Shown one piece after another: positions 8,072 through 17,884 of a stretch of 32,000 bases of DNA. A program made the translations under genes and the position numbers. A model generated the notes under the pieces. The model did not search any database and was not told where the DNA came from. It was given only the letters and a program-made list of their open reading frames with translations. Positions within the stretch are counted from its first letter, which is position 1, and the number at the start of each line of letters is the position of its first letter. This DNA is from an uncultured archaeon. GTDB taxonomy: Archaea > Asgardarchaeota > Jordiarchaeia > Jordiarchaeales > Jordiarchaeaceae. The stretch covers positions 1 through 32,000 of the forward strand of contig CAZECW010000114.1 in the NCBI GenBank assembly GCA_964510585.1. Direction: 5' to 3'.

Positions 8072-9505
8072 ATGGATCAGAACGAGATTTTCAAAGTCCT
8101 TGCATCCATTGTGGGTGAAGAAGATGTTACAATAGATCCCGTTGAGCTTTTGGCCTATTCTTCGGACGCATCGCAATTAAAAGCAGTGCCAGTGGCGGTG
8201 GTGAGACCGGAAAACAAGGAGGAAGTTGCAGAAATCCTCAAATTTGCAGATGAAAACCGGATACCAGTTACTCCCAGAGGCGCGGGAACGAGTACTGCAG
8301 GGCAATCCCTTGCCTACAAAAATGGAATTCTAATGGACATGGTCAAAATGGACAAAATCTTGGAGATCAGCCTCAAAGATAGGATTGCGGTGGTTCAACC
8401 TGGAGTAATCTATGGAGAGCTAAACAAGGAACTTAGAAAGTATGGCTACTGCTTCCCCCCAGACCCAGGCTCAGCGATTGCCTGCACTGTGGGAGGAATG
8501 GTGGGAAACAACGCCAGCGGAGTGAGAGCATTAAAGTATGGAGCCACAGTAGACCATGTTCTCGGGTTGGAGGTTGTTCTGCCAGGAGGCAAAATCATTA
8601 GGACCGGGGGGCGGGTCTGGAAAAGCTCCTCGGGCTATAACCTGACTAGGCTTCTGGTGGGTTCTGAGGGAACCCTGGGAGTTTTCACCGAAATCATACT
8701 GAAGATAACGCCTATACCAAAGTACGTTGCGCTGATAGTTCCGGTTTTCGAAAAATTTGATCAAAGTTTGGAGGCAGCCACAGAAATCACAAATGCGGGA
8801 ATCATGCCCTCGGCAATGGAAATTCTGGACGACCTTTGCATCATGGTTATGAACTCCTTTCTGGAAGAAAAACTTCCCCAGGCCGAAGCGCTTTTATTCA
8901 TTGAGGTTGATGGAAACAACCAAAAGGCAATAATAGACGAATCAAATATAATTAAGAGTATTTGCGAGAAACTTGGAGCCCAGCAAGTAATACAATCCAC
9001 AGATCCTAAGAGGACAGAGGAACTCTGGAATCTAAGACATACTTTGGCAAACTTGCTTGCTAAAATAAGAGGGGAAAAAATGGCCATAAGCAGCATTATG
9101 GACTTCGCGGTGCCCATATCTCAGGTACCGGAAGCAGTAAGGGAAATAAAAGCTTTGGCAGCCAAGGAAAAAAGACTTATGGCAGCGTTGGGACATATTG
9201 GGGATGGAAATGTACATTTTGGTTCGGCAATTAATGTGGAGGATCCTAAGGAGAGGGAAGCTGCTACCAAGTTTTCGAGACAAGCAGCAGAAGCTATAAT
9301 AAAGAAATATGGGGGTACCTTAACAGCGGAACACGGCCTCGGACAGGCTAAATCTCATCTTGTAATGCTTGAGCACGGAGAAACAATTGAGCTTATGCGT
9401 GGAATTAAAAGAGTATTTGACCCTAACAACATAATGAACCCCATGGTGATGGGACTAACCGAAATCCCAGAGGACGAATACGTTTACATGCCAGGAGCAA
9501 AATAA
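8072..9505 (+). CDS. glcD: FAD-linked 2-hydroxy-acid oxidase/dehydrogenase subunit (GlcD/D-lactate dehydrogenase family), copy 1
   Basis: PRGAGTS, FPPDPGS, TVGGMVGNNASG, KYG, GSEGTLG, HIGDGNVH, AEHGLG and FDP-x-N-x-MNP. Start ATG 8072 follows GAGGTGA. Confidence 0.92.
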   Translation: MDQNEIFKVLASIVGEEDVTIDPVELLAYSSDASQLKAVPVAVVRPENKEEVAEILKFADENRIPVTPRGAGTSTAGQSLAYKNGILMDMVKMDKILEISLKDRIAVVQPGVIYGELNKELRKYGYCFPPDPGSAIACTVGGMVGNNASGVRALKYGATVDHVLGLEVVLPGGKIIRTGGRVWKSSSGYNLTRLLVGSEGTLGVFTEIILKITPIPKYVALIVPVFEKFDQSLEAATEITNAGIMPSAMEILDDLCIMVMNSFLEEKLPQAEALLFIEVDGNNQKAIIDESNIIKSICEKLGAQQVIQSTDPKRTEELWNLRHTLANLLAKIRGEKMAISSIMDFAVPISQVPEAVREIKALAAKEKRLMAALGHIGDGNVHFGSAINVEDPKEREAATKFSRQAAEAIIKKYGGTLTAEHGLGQAKSHLVMLEHGETIELMRGIKRVFDPNNIMNPMVMGLTEIPEDEYVYMPGAK

Positions 9506-10194
9506 TCTAGGGAAAGGAAGAGCCTAGGTGGGTTGGTTAATTCTATATCGAAAAATGTGGCTAGAGTTCAAAACGTTAGGTTTAATGCTTTGTTAGGAGT
9601 AAAGGATATAATCATAGTGAATCTTTGTAAAACAGACAATTTTTTGGGTGAATTATTGATGGATCAAAAGGAGATTTATGAAGCCCTTGCGGCGATTGTG
9701 GGTGAAGACGACGTGACCATAGATCCAGTTGAGCTGGTGGCCTATGCTTCGGATGCTTCGTTTCTGAGAGCCATACCAGTGGCGGTGGTGAGACCGGAAA
9801 GCAAGGAAGAAGTTGCAGAAATTCTCAAATTTGCAGATGAAAACCGGATACCAGTTACTCCCAGAGGTGCGGGAACGAGTTACGCGGGACAATCCTTAGC
9901 ATACAATAACGCAATTCTCATAGATTTCGTTAAAATGGATAAAATCTTGGAAATCAACCTGAAAGATAGAGTAGCAGTGGTTCAACCAGGAGTAATCTAC
10001 GGAGAGCTAAACAAGGAACTTAGAAAGTACGGCTACTGCTTCCCCCCAGACCCAGGCTCAGCGATTGCCTGCACTGTGGGAGGAATGGTGGGAAACAACG
10101 CCAGCGGAATTAGAGCGGTAAAGTATGGAGCCACAGTAGACCATGTTCTCGGGTTGGAGGTTGTTCTGCCAGGAGGCAAAATCATTAGGACCGG
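8444..10194 (+). repeat. Near-identical direct repeat between the FAD-binding halves of the two glcD genes (offset 1587 bp)
   Basis: By manual comparison, 8444-8521 is identical to 10031-10108 and 8532-8607 is identical to 10119-10194. Further high identity surrounds these tracts. Confidence 0.9.
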
Positions 10195-11098
10195 AGGGCG
10201 GGTCTGGAAAAGCTCCTCGGGCTATAACCTGACTAAGCTTCTGGTGGGTTCTGAGGGAAGCTTGGGAATATTCACAGAAATAATATTGAAGATAACACCT
10301 GCACCAAAGTATACCGCCATGATAGTGCCGGTTTTCGAAAAGTATGAGCAGGGGTTGGATGCGGCCACGGAAATTATTAATACGGGCATTCTGCCCTCAG
10401 CGATGGAGATTCTGGACGACGTATGTATAATGGTTCTGAATTCTGCCCTTAAGGAGCAGGACAGACTCCCGCCGGCTGGCGCAGTATTATTCATTGAAGT
10501 TGATGGAAGCAACCAAGAGGTTGTCAAGGAGGAGGCGGAGACAGTTAGAAAGGTTTGTGAAAAAATAGGTGTGAAGCAAATTATATACGCCACAGATCCT
10601 AAGAGAACAGAGGAGCTTTGGAAACTTAGACATTCCTTGGCAAACTTGTTAGCGAAACTGAGGGGAGAAAACATTGCGATAAACAGTATTCAAGACTTTG
10701 CGGTACCCATATCTCACGTGCCAGAGGCTATTAAGGAGGTTAAAGCGTTGGCTGCCAAGTATGGGAGACTTATGGTGGCCTTTGGACACATCGCCGATGG
10801 AAATGTTCACCTAGGTAGCGCCATAAATGTGGAGGATCCTGCGCAGAGAGAGATGGCTGTGAAGTTTGCAAGTGAAGCTGCAGACATTATTATCAAGAAG
10901 CATGGTGGAACTCTGTCGGCGGAGCATGGGACGGGTGTATCAAAGGCTGCGTTTATTGAGTTGGAGCACCGTGACACCCTTACCCTGATGCGGGGAATTA
11001 AGAAGGTTTTTGACCCACACAACATTCTGAACCCCATGGTTATGGGATTAACCGAAATACCAAAAGATGAATTTGTTTATATGGCTGGTGTGAAGTAA
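9659..11098 (+). CDS. glcD: FAD-linked 2-hydroxy-acid oxidase/dehydrogenase subunit (GlcD family), copy 2
   Basis: Same motifs (HIADGNVH, AEHGTG). Start reassigned to ATG 9659 by alignment with copy 1 (MDQ-x-EI) and an upstream GGTGA. Confidence 0.92.
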   Translation: MDQKEIYEALAAIVGEDDVTIDPVELVAYASDASFLRAIPVAVVRPESKEEVAEILKFADENRIPVTPRGAGTSYAGQSLAYNNAILIDFVKMDKILEINLKDRVAVVQPGVIYGELNKELRKYGYCFPPDPGSAIACTVGGMVGNNASGIRAVKYGATVDHVLGLEVVLPGGKIIRTGGRVWKSSSGYNLTKLLVGSEGSLGIFTEIILKITPAPKYTAMIVPVFEKYEQGLDAATEIINTGILPSAMEILDDVCIMVLNSALKEQDRLPPAGAVLFIEVDGSNQEVVKEEAETVRKVCEKIGVKQIIYATDPKRTEELWKLRHSLANLLAKLRGENIAINSIQDFAVPISHVPEAIKEVKALAAKYGRLMVAFGHIADGNVHLGSAINVEDPAQREMAVKFASEAADIIIKKHGGTLSAEHGTGVSKAAFIELEHRDTLTLMRGIKKVFDPHNILNPMVMGLTEIPKDEFVYMAGVK

Positions 11099-12282
11099 TG
11101 TCGACGGATGAAGAGAAAAGGAAAGCAATGGAAGATTGGGAAAAATTAAAGGCTGCGGAGAAGAAGACTCTGAATGATTTTCGAACACAGCTTGCTATGT
11201 GTAATATTTGTGCCTTTTGTAGAATTAGGTGTCCAGTTTACCAACAGGTTAAGTGGGAGTCGGTGACGCCGAGGGGAAAGATGCAACTACTCAGGAATGT
11301 GGTTAAGGGATGGATTAAGCCCACACCACAGGTTGCGGAGAGAATTTTCTCCTGCACAACCTGTCAGATTTGCAACCAGCAATGCGACGCAGAGGTTCGT
11401 CCATTTGACATTCTCAAAGTTGCGAGAAGAGAATTCACAGAACAGGGTCTGGGTCCTCTTCCAGAGGAGAAAAAAATGGACAGGAGAATAAAGGAGTATA
11501 AGAATCCCTACAAGGAGCCTCAGGAGAAACGTTTTAACTGGTTAGAGGTTAAGGTTCCAAAAACTGCGGATACTCTGCTCTATTTTGGCTGTGTTACAGC
11601 TTACCGATTTGGAGAAACGGGCAGGGCCATTGTGGAACTGCTCAGAAAGGCGGGATACCAATTCACAATAACTCCTGATGAGGGCTGCTGTGGTATGCAC
11701 CCCTACTGGGATGGGGAAATTAAACTCTCTGCAGAAATAGCCAGGGAAAACTTGGAAATATTCAGAAAAACTGGGGCGAAGCAGATAGTCACCGCCTGCG
11801 CTGGGTGCTATTCTACCTTTAAAAACGCCTATCCTATGCTCGTGGAAAATTTCGACTTTAAACTAATGCACTTCTCAGAGCTTCTACAGGAACTGATTAA
11901 GAAAGGCAAGCTCAAACTTAAGAAAAAATCTCCCATGAAGGTGACCTACCATGATCCCTGCCACTTGGGGAGACATGCTGGAATATACGATGCACCCCGA
12001 GAAGTAATCAAATCCATACCTGGATTGGAGCTGGTAGAGATGGAGCATAGTAGGGAAGATTCACAGTGTTGTGGTGGCGGGGGAGGATACTTTACTGCAT
12101 TTCCAGAAAACTCCGTGGAGATAGCTGAAAAACGTATAAGGGAAGCCGAGGAAACCGGAGCAGATGCAATAATTACAACCTGTCCCCTCTGTAGAACAAA
12201 TTTGGATCTGGCTATTAAGAGATTGGATTCTAAACTAAAACTTTATGATTTATCAGAGTTAGTGTTAGAGCACGTAGTCTAG
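11098..12282 (+). CDS. glcF: Fe-S oxidoreductase, GlcF/HdrD-like (4Fe-4S dicluster plus two CCG domains)
   Basis: CNICAFC..RCP, CTTCQIC..QC, GC, CCG, CAGC, YHDPCHLGR, CCGGGGG and TCPLC. The TAATG overlap with glcD copy 2 suggests translational coupling. Confidence 0.9.
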   Translation: MSTDEEKRKAMEDWEKLKAAEKKTLNDFRTQLAMCNICAFCRIRCPVYQQVKWESVTPRGKMQLLRNVVKGWIKPTPQVAERIFSCTTCQICNQQCDAEVRPFDILKVARREFTEQGLGPLPEEKKMDRRIKEYKNPYKEPQEKRFNWLEVKVPKTADTLLYFGCVTAYRFGETGRAIVELLRKAGYQFTITPDEGCCGMHPYWDGEIKLSAEIARENLEIFRKTGAKQIVTACAGCYSTFKNAYPMLVENFDFKLMHFSELLQELIKKGKLKLKKKSPMKVTYHDPCHLGRHAGIYDAPREVIKSIPGLELVEMEHSREDSQCCGGGGGYFTAFPENSVEIAEKRIREAEETGADAIITTCPLCRTNLDLAIKRLDSKLKLYDLSELVLEHVV

Positions 12283-12307
12283 TAGGGTTTGAATCCGTTC
12301 TCCCAAA

Positions 12308-12325
12308 TTTTTATTTTCCTTTTTA
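12308..12325 (+). terminator. Putative archaeal oligo(T) terminator after glcF
   Basis: T-rich tract TTTTTATTTTCCTTTTT shortly after the stop at 12282. Confidence 0.4.
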
Positions 12326-12445
12326 TAATCTGGTTTTAAACTGTTGTATCATTACTTACTTTTCCAGCTGCTAATTTTTATGTGAGAATGGTGTGAAAAG
12401 TTTTGATGAGATGTGGAATGGAATCATTTATGGATGTGAATTTGT

Positions 12446-14146
12446 ATGAAGCAGAGTTTGCGGAGCGACCTTATTAAGAGGGGATTTCAGAGGTGTACTC
12501 AGAGGGCGCTGCTTAAATCTTTGGGTTTAGACGATGAGGCTATTGAGAGGCCTTGGGTGGCGGTGGTTAACTCCTGGAATGAGATTGTTCCGGGTCACAT
12601 ACATCTCAGATCTATTAGTAGAGCGGTTAAGGCGGGGATTATTTCTGCAGGAGGCACACCCTTTGAGTTTGACACCATAGCTATTTGTGACGGTTTATGT
12701 CAGGGAACTATCGGTATGAGGTACCCTCTCCCCAGTAGAGATATTATTGCGGATAGCATTGAAGTTATGGTAGAGGCCCACATGTTTGACTCCATGGTAC
12801 TTATTCCCTCCTGTGATAAAACTGTTCCGGGACACTTAATGGCCGCGGCCAGGCTGAATATTCCCTCCATCGTGGTAACGGGCGGCCCCATGCTTCCCGG
12901 CTCATATAGGGGTAGGAAGATTACCACAGTGGAGATGCGGGAGTTTATGGGCAAATTTAAGTTGGGTGAGTTAAGCGAGGAGGAGTTGAACATAATTGAG
13001 GGATTAGCCTGCCCGGGTCCAGGTTCCTGTGCCATGCTGGGAACCGCAAACACCATGGCCGCAGTAACTGAAGCTTTGGGAATGTCGCTTCCCGGCTGCG
13101 CCACGGCCCATGCTGTGGATGCCAAAAAGATCCGCATAGCCCAAGAGACTGGAAAAAGAGCAGTCAAACTTTTGGAAGAAGGATTGCTTCCCAGGGATAT
13201 AATGACGCAGCAAGCATTTGAAAACGCTATTATAGTGGACTTGGCTCTGGGAGGCTCTCTCAATGCTACTCTACACATTCCAGCCATAGCGCGGGAGGCA
13301 AAGCTAAACATTAGCCTAGAGAGGATGGATGAGTTGAACTCGTTAACACGCCACATTTGCAACCTTCTGCCATCGGGTCCCTACAACCTTAAAGATTTAG
13401 ATGAGGCGGGAGGAATACCCGCAGTTATGAAGGAGCTGAGCGGAATTCTCAATCTTGACTGTATTACGGTGACTGGAAAAACAGTTAGAGAAAACATTAG
13501 TGATGCGAGAACATTGAGGCCGGAGGTCATAAGACCATTTGACAACCCAGTTCACTCGGAGGGAGGGCTTGCTGTCCTTAAAGGAAATCTAGCCCCAAAC
13601 GGATCCGTGTGTAAACATGTAGCGGTGGTTAAAGAAATGCTGGTTCACAGGGGCCCCGCAAAGGTCTTTGACTCCATGGAGGAGGCTATAGAAGCCCTAT
13701 TAGGTGGCCAAATAGTGGCCGGCGATGTCATAATTATCAGGTATGAGGGACCGAAGGGTGGGCCGGGAATGCGTGAAATGCACCAGATAGCTTCCATAAT
13801 AAACGGAATGGGGCTGGGGGACAAAGTGGCATTAATAACTGATGGACGTTTCTCTGGTTCCACCAGAGGAGCCATGATTGGACACGTCTCCCCCGAAGCC
13901 GCCGAGGGCGGACCCATAGCAGTAGTAAAAAATGGAGATCCGATACTAATTGATATTCCCAAAAGGAGACTAAACATGGAAGTGTCTGAAGATGAACTTA
14001 AAAGGCGTCTAGACGAGTGGAGGAGCAAAAAGCCAAAGCTTAAGGGCGCTAAGGGTTATCTTAAGCGTTACCGCTTTTTCGTCACTTCTGCGGATAAGGG
14101 TGCAGTACTCAAAGAGCCAAATGGTGATCCTGCCTTAGGCAAATAA
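12446..14146 (+). CDS. ilvD: Dihydroxy-acid dehydratase (IlvD/Edd family)
   Basis: PGHIHL, CDG, CDKT-x-PG, GPGSC, TANTM, GGS-x-N, GNLAP-x-[12 protein letters not shown]-x-EM, TDGRFSG and GHVSPEAA-x-GG. Confidence 0.95.
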   Translation: MKQSLRSDLIKRGFQRCTQRALLKSLGLDDEAIERPWVAVVNSWNEIVPGHIHLRSISRAVKAGIISAGGTPFEFDTIAICDGLCQGTIGMRYPLPSRDIIADSIEVMVEAHMFDSMVLIPSCDKTVPGHLMAAARLNIPSIVVTGGPMLPGSYRGRKITTVEMREFMGKFKLGELSEEELNIIEGLACPGPGSCAMLGTANTMAAVTEALGMSLPGCATAHAVDAKKIRIAQETGKRAVKLLEEGLLPRDIMTQQAFENAIIVDLALGGSLNATLHIPAIAREAKLNISLERMDELNSLTRHICNLLPSGPYNLKDLDEAGGIPAVMKELSGILNLDCITVTGKTVRENISDARTLRPEVIRPFDNPVHSEGGLAVLKGNLAPNGSVCKHVAVVKEMLVHRGPAKVFDSMEEAIEALLGGQIVAGDVIIIRYEGPKGGPGMREMHQIASIINGMGLGDKVALITDGRFSGSTRGAMIGHVSPEAAEGGPIAVVKNGDPILIDIPKRRLNMEVSEDELKRRLDEWRSKKPKLKGAKGYLKRYRFFVTSADKGAVLKEPNGDPALGK

Positions 14147-14194
14147 TCCGTTACATACAAAAGGAATATTTTTGGTTTTGAACTATGTTATTTC

Positions 14195-14527
14195 ATGGAC
14201 ACTGAAACTTATGTTGCCAATTTTTTGGAGGTTTTTCCACCCATCAGGGACGCAATGACTTCTAGAATGGCGGAGCTTAACAAACAATTGAACAAAAAAA
14301 AGGAGAAGAACCCTTTTCTCATAATGCAAAAAATGATGGAAGTTACAATGGAAGTCATCAAAAAATTTGAGCCTCAAATCAAGAAAAAAACAGGAATGAC
14401 AGCCGAAGAATTCCTCAAATACCAAAAAGAACACGAGGAAGAAATTGAAGCCTACCTAGAGGAGCACCCAGATCTAAAGGAGAGAATGGAAAAACTCAAA
14501 GTAAAGATAAACATCAACGAATTGTAA
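14195..14527 (+). CDS. Hypothetical all-helical, highly charged protein (110 aa)
   Basis: The ORF fills the gap in a same-strand cluster and has natural K/E-rich composition. No family recognised. Confidence 0.7.
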   Translation: MDTETYVANFLEVFPPIRDAMTSRMAELNKQLNKKKEKNPFLIMQKMMEVTMEVIKKFEPQIKKKTGMTAEEFLKYQKEHEEEIEAYLEEHPDLKERMEKLKVKININEL

Positions 14528-14757
14528 GAAAAGTTACTCCTTCCTTACTAATTATTTTTTCTATTTCCCTCCCTACTTAATATTTATTTAGATATCATGT
14601 ATTCCCCCTTTATGTTGGTTTTTCTTTTTCTGGAAAAAAACTAGGTTTCGGCTGTGTAAATCGTGTAGAGATTTTTATTAATGAGCTGGGTGGATAACGG
14701 TTATTAGAAGAAAAGGTCTCATACACTTCTGATGCAAAACGTTTTGAGTGTGGTTAT

Positions 14758-16509
14758 ATGCCTTACTTGACTGGCGGAGAGATAATTGCCAAGACTCTTT
14801 TAGCTGAGAAAATTCCCTATGCAGTTGGAATCCCTGGACATGGGAATCTCGGTTTGGTTGATGCCTTTAAAGAACATGAAGTACCCATCATCCAAGTTAG
14901 ACACGAACAGTCCGCTTGCCATCTGGCAGACGGTTACTGTAGAGTCACTGGTAAACCATTAGCGGTTTTCACTTCTATAGGTCCCGGCGCCTGTAACACG
15001 GTTATTGGTGCAGCCACCGCCTACCTAGACAGCATTCCTATGCTGATTTTTACTGGTTCGGTTCACACCTACATGTTTGGTAGGGGCGTTCTGCAAGAAA
15101 TTGAGAGAAAACACTGGGCGGATTTCCCCAGAGTTATGGAGCCAGTGGTAAAGAAGAGTTATCAGGTAACCAGAGTCGACCAGTTGCCGTGGGTTTTAAA
15201 CAATGCTCTCAGAACCGCTCTTGGTGGAAGGCCGGGTCCTGTACATATAGATTTGCCTATGGATGTTCAAGCAGAGGCCGCCGAAGTGGAACTTCCGGAG
15301 CCTATAGGTTCCAAACTTGGGGGAAGAGTTCAGGGTGATCCTGAGAAAATACTTGAAGCGGCCAAACTTTTGGCGAAGGCTGAGAGACCTGCGATTCTTG
15401 CTGGTGGAGGAGTAATACTCTCAAATGCTGAAAAGGAGCTTGTAGAGCTGGCAGAATTTCTGGGAGCCCCAGTAATAACAACAATGATGGGGAAGGGCGT
15501 GATTCCAGAGGATCATCCGCTGAACGCCTTTTATACTGGTTCCAAGGGTTCACCTGTGGGAAGCAAGATTGGGAGGGAAGCAGATGTGCTTCTTGCGGTG
15601 GGATGCCGCTTTGCCGATGAAACCACCAGTTCCTATAAGCCTGGTGTATCCTTTAGTATTCCTCCCACCAAACTGATACATGTGGACATTGACCCTGGAG
15701 AGATTGGGAAAAATTATCCAGTCGAGGTGCCAATACTGGGTGACGCGAAGAGTGTTCTGGGAGAACTGCTCAAAGCCCTTCAAAAAATAACTTCAAAAAG
15801 GAAGTATGAGCAGTCAGAATACTTCAAGAAGCTGTGCAGGCTCAAGGAAGACTGGGAAAAGGAGTTGCAAAGGCTGAGGGAGGGCTATCCCACTACGATA
15901 TCTCGCTATCTTAAGGAGTTGAGGAAAGCTTTGCCTCGTGAAACCATAGTTGTCACGAGTGCTGGACATGCGCAAGCGTCGGCATGGCAGGAGTTTCCAG
16001 TTTACTATCCTAGGACTCATATTTCACCCGGTGGATTTTCAACTATGGGGTTCGGTGTCCCCGCAGCCATAGGAGCCAAACTTGCCAAACCTGAGGTACC
16101 AGTCATTGCCATAGAGGGTGATGGTTCATTCCTTATGACCTGCCAAGAATTGGCAACAGCTGTCCAGTACGAAGTGCCCATACTGGTCACCATTTTCAAT
16201 AATTATGGCTGGATCGCTATACGAGACCTGCAAATTGACGTTTATGGTAAAGAAAGAAGCTATGGTGTGGAGTTTAGGAACAAAGCCGGGCAACTCTACT
16301 CCCCAGACTATGTGAAGCTAGCCGAATCCTTTGGATGCTACGCGGAAAAAATAGATAAGGGTGAACAAGTGGCGCCGGCTATTCAAAACGCGATAAGCTC
16401 AGGTAAACCAGCAGTGATAGAATTAGAGGTGGCTCTGGAGCATCCTAGAAGCCAGGGCAAAGCATACGGCTGGTGGGATGTCCCTATACCCAAATATCTA
16501 AGAAGATAG
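14758..16509 (+). CDS. ThDP-dependent enzyme, IolD-like (trihydroxycyclohexanedione acylhydrolase clade)
   Basis: IolD-type signatures as recalled from the B. subtilis protein: GHGN, TS-x-GPGA-x-N, VLQ-x-x-E, R-x-x-D-x-x-TSS, SAG, GDGSFLM..EL-x-TA-x-QY, SY-x-x-EFR...DY-x-K-x-AE, and a C-terminal WW-x-V. Confidence 0.75.
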   Translation: MPYLTGGEIIAKTLLAEKIPYAVGIPGHGNLGLVDAFKEHEVPIIQVRHEQSACHLADGYCRVTGKPLAVFTSIGPGACNTVIGAATAYLDSIPMLIFTGSVHTYMFGRGVLQEIERKHWADFPRVMEPVVKKSYQVTRVDQLPWVLNNALRTALGGRPGPVHIDLPMDVQAEAAEVELPEPIGSKLGGRVQGDPEKILEAAKLLAKAERPAILAGGGVILSNAEKELVELAEFLGAPVITTMMGKGVIPEDHPLNAFYTGSKGSPVGSKIGREADVLLAVGCRFADETTSSYKPGVSFSIPPTKLIHVDIDPGEIGKNYPVEVPILGDAKSVLGELLKALQKITSKRKYEQSEYFKKLCRLKEDWEKELQRLREGYPTTISRYLKELRKALPRETIVVTSAGHAQASAWQEFPVYYPRTHISPGGFSTMGFGVPAAIGAKLAKPEVPVIAIEGDGSFLMTCQELATAVQYEVPILVTIFNNYGWIAIRDLQIDVYGKERSYGVEFRNKAGQLYSPDYVKLAESFGCYAEKIDKGEQVAPAIQNAISSGKPAVIELEVALEHPRSQGKAYGWWDVPIPKYLRR

Positions 16510-16538
16510 AGGTTACAATCTACCTATTAACAGTTTGA

Positions 16539-16620
16539 TAAAAGAAAAAAGATTAGTAAATTTACTCGTGTTTCCTTTTTTCCTACCTTTTCATTTTTTT
16601 CTGTTTCTTACTGCAACTTT
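16539..16620. terminator. Putative bidirectional termination zone between convergent genes
   Basis: T-tracts on the plus strand (about 16571-16615) and an A-tract, i.e. T on the minus strand (about 16539-16550), between stops at 16509 and 16657. Confidence 0.4.
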
Positions 16621-16656
16621 GTGGATCTTCAAGGGGTATTTGGTTAGTTTTTTTCA

Positions 16657-17742
16657 TTATTTGATTTCGTCTGGGCTTACTTCTTTGTGGGTTTCTGCGG
16701 ATTTTAGGGCTGCGAGGGCGAATTGGAGAACCTTTTTTCCCTCCTCACCGGATAGTATTGGTTCCTTGTCCTCTAATATGGCATCGATAAAGTGGAGGGT
16801 GGAGTCAATGAAGCTGTCCGCCCAATCGCATCGAAGATTCTCAAAGCACGTCAATTCTCCATCTTTATACATTATGACTGAGGGAATATCGAGCAGTTGT
16901 CCAGTGCACTGGTTTATCCAGATATAACCTTTTGTACCTGTGATTTCCACCCTCTCGTCAGTGCCATAATATTTGGATTTAATTTTCATTTCTGGAGCGA
17001 AGGATGTGTCCCATACTCCCAATTTTCCGGGAGACTTGTACTTCCACATAATTATAGCTGGAGAGTCAAGACATAAGCCAGGCCCCAGCTCTGTAGTTTC
17101 AATCCAAGCAAATACTTTGTCCACATCTCCCATAAAGTAGCGTGCAATGGAAAACTTGTGATAGCCGTCATCCCAAATGGTGGGTCCCCCACCACACTGT
17201 TCCGGCGTAAAACGCCACATCCAAGCCTCCAAGGGCACCTCCCAGCCACACTCCACGGAGCCCGAAGTCATCTTGATTCGAATCATGTGTGGGTTTCCAA
17301 TTTCTCCAGCATCCATTAGCTCCTTTGCCTTGCGGTAAGGTGGATAGAAGATGAAGTTTTCATAAACCTTAAACTTGACTCCCGCCTTTCTGGCGGCGCT
17401 TATCATCTCATCCATTTCCTTCACATTCATGGCGGGTGGTTTCTGAACCGAAACATGCTTACCAGCCTCAGCTGCGGCGACAGCAACCTCTTTGTGCAAA
17501 TAGTGGGGAAGCAGTATCTCCACCATATCTACCTGTTCGTCCTTGAGTAAATCCTTGTAATCCCTGTAAATTTTAGCTTCGGATAAACCATACTCTTTAG
17601 CCTTCTTTTTTGCTCTCACTCCTCTCGAATCACAAAGAGCCACAATCTTAGCCTTATCGGTCTGTAGATAGCCGAGAACATTAAGGTCGAAAATCCGACC
17701 ACACCCAATAATTCCGACACCCAGAGGCTTCAACTTTAACAC
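16657..17742 (-). CDS. Gfo/Idh/MocA family NAD(P)-dependent oxidoreductase
   Basis: GIIGCG-x-I, P-x-x-LH, GKHV-x-x-QKP (variant of EKP), EN, GGG...D-x-G-x-H and EITGTKG. Confidence 0.9.
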   Translation of the reverse strand: MLKLKPLGVGIIGCGRIFDLNVLGYLQTDKAKIVALCDSRGVRAKKKAKEYGLSEAKIYRDYKDLLKDEQVDMVEILLPHYLHKEVAVAAAEAGKHVSVQKPPAMNVKEMDEMISAARKAGVKFKVYENFIFYPPYRKAKELMDAGEIGNPHMIRIKMTSGSVECGWEVPLEAWMWRFTPEQCGGGPTIWDDGYHKFSIARYFMGDVDKVFAWIETTELGPGLCLDSPAIIMWKYKSPGKLGVWDTSFAPEMKIKSKYYGTDERVEITGTKGYIWINQCTGQLLDIPSVIMYKDGELTCFENLRCDWADSFIDSTLHFIDAILEDKEPILSGEEGKKVLQFALAALKSAETHKEVSPDEIK

Positions 17743-17884
17743 CTTACAAATGCAAATTTCAAAAAAGACTAACCTGTTTTAGAAAACCAGCATTTAATCC
17801 AAGTTTTTAAATTAAAATTCAGCCAGTTCTCTTATATAAATTTAAGGAGCAGTGATTAAGAATGCCATAGAAGAGGATAAATTT

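Noticed and set aside
12283-12305. GGGTTTGAATCCGTTCTCCCA resembles a tRNA T-arm and 3' end
   Set aside because: Only 2 bp of T-stem pair, and the upstream sequence is glcF coding sequence with no cloverleaf.
14694-14704. ATAACGGTTAT palindrome upstream of the IolD-like gene
   Set aside because: Only 5-bp arms, with no second copy found; too weak to call an operator.
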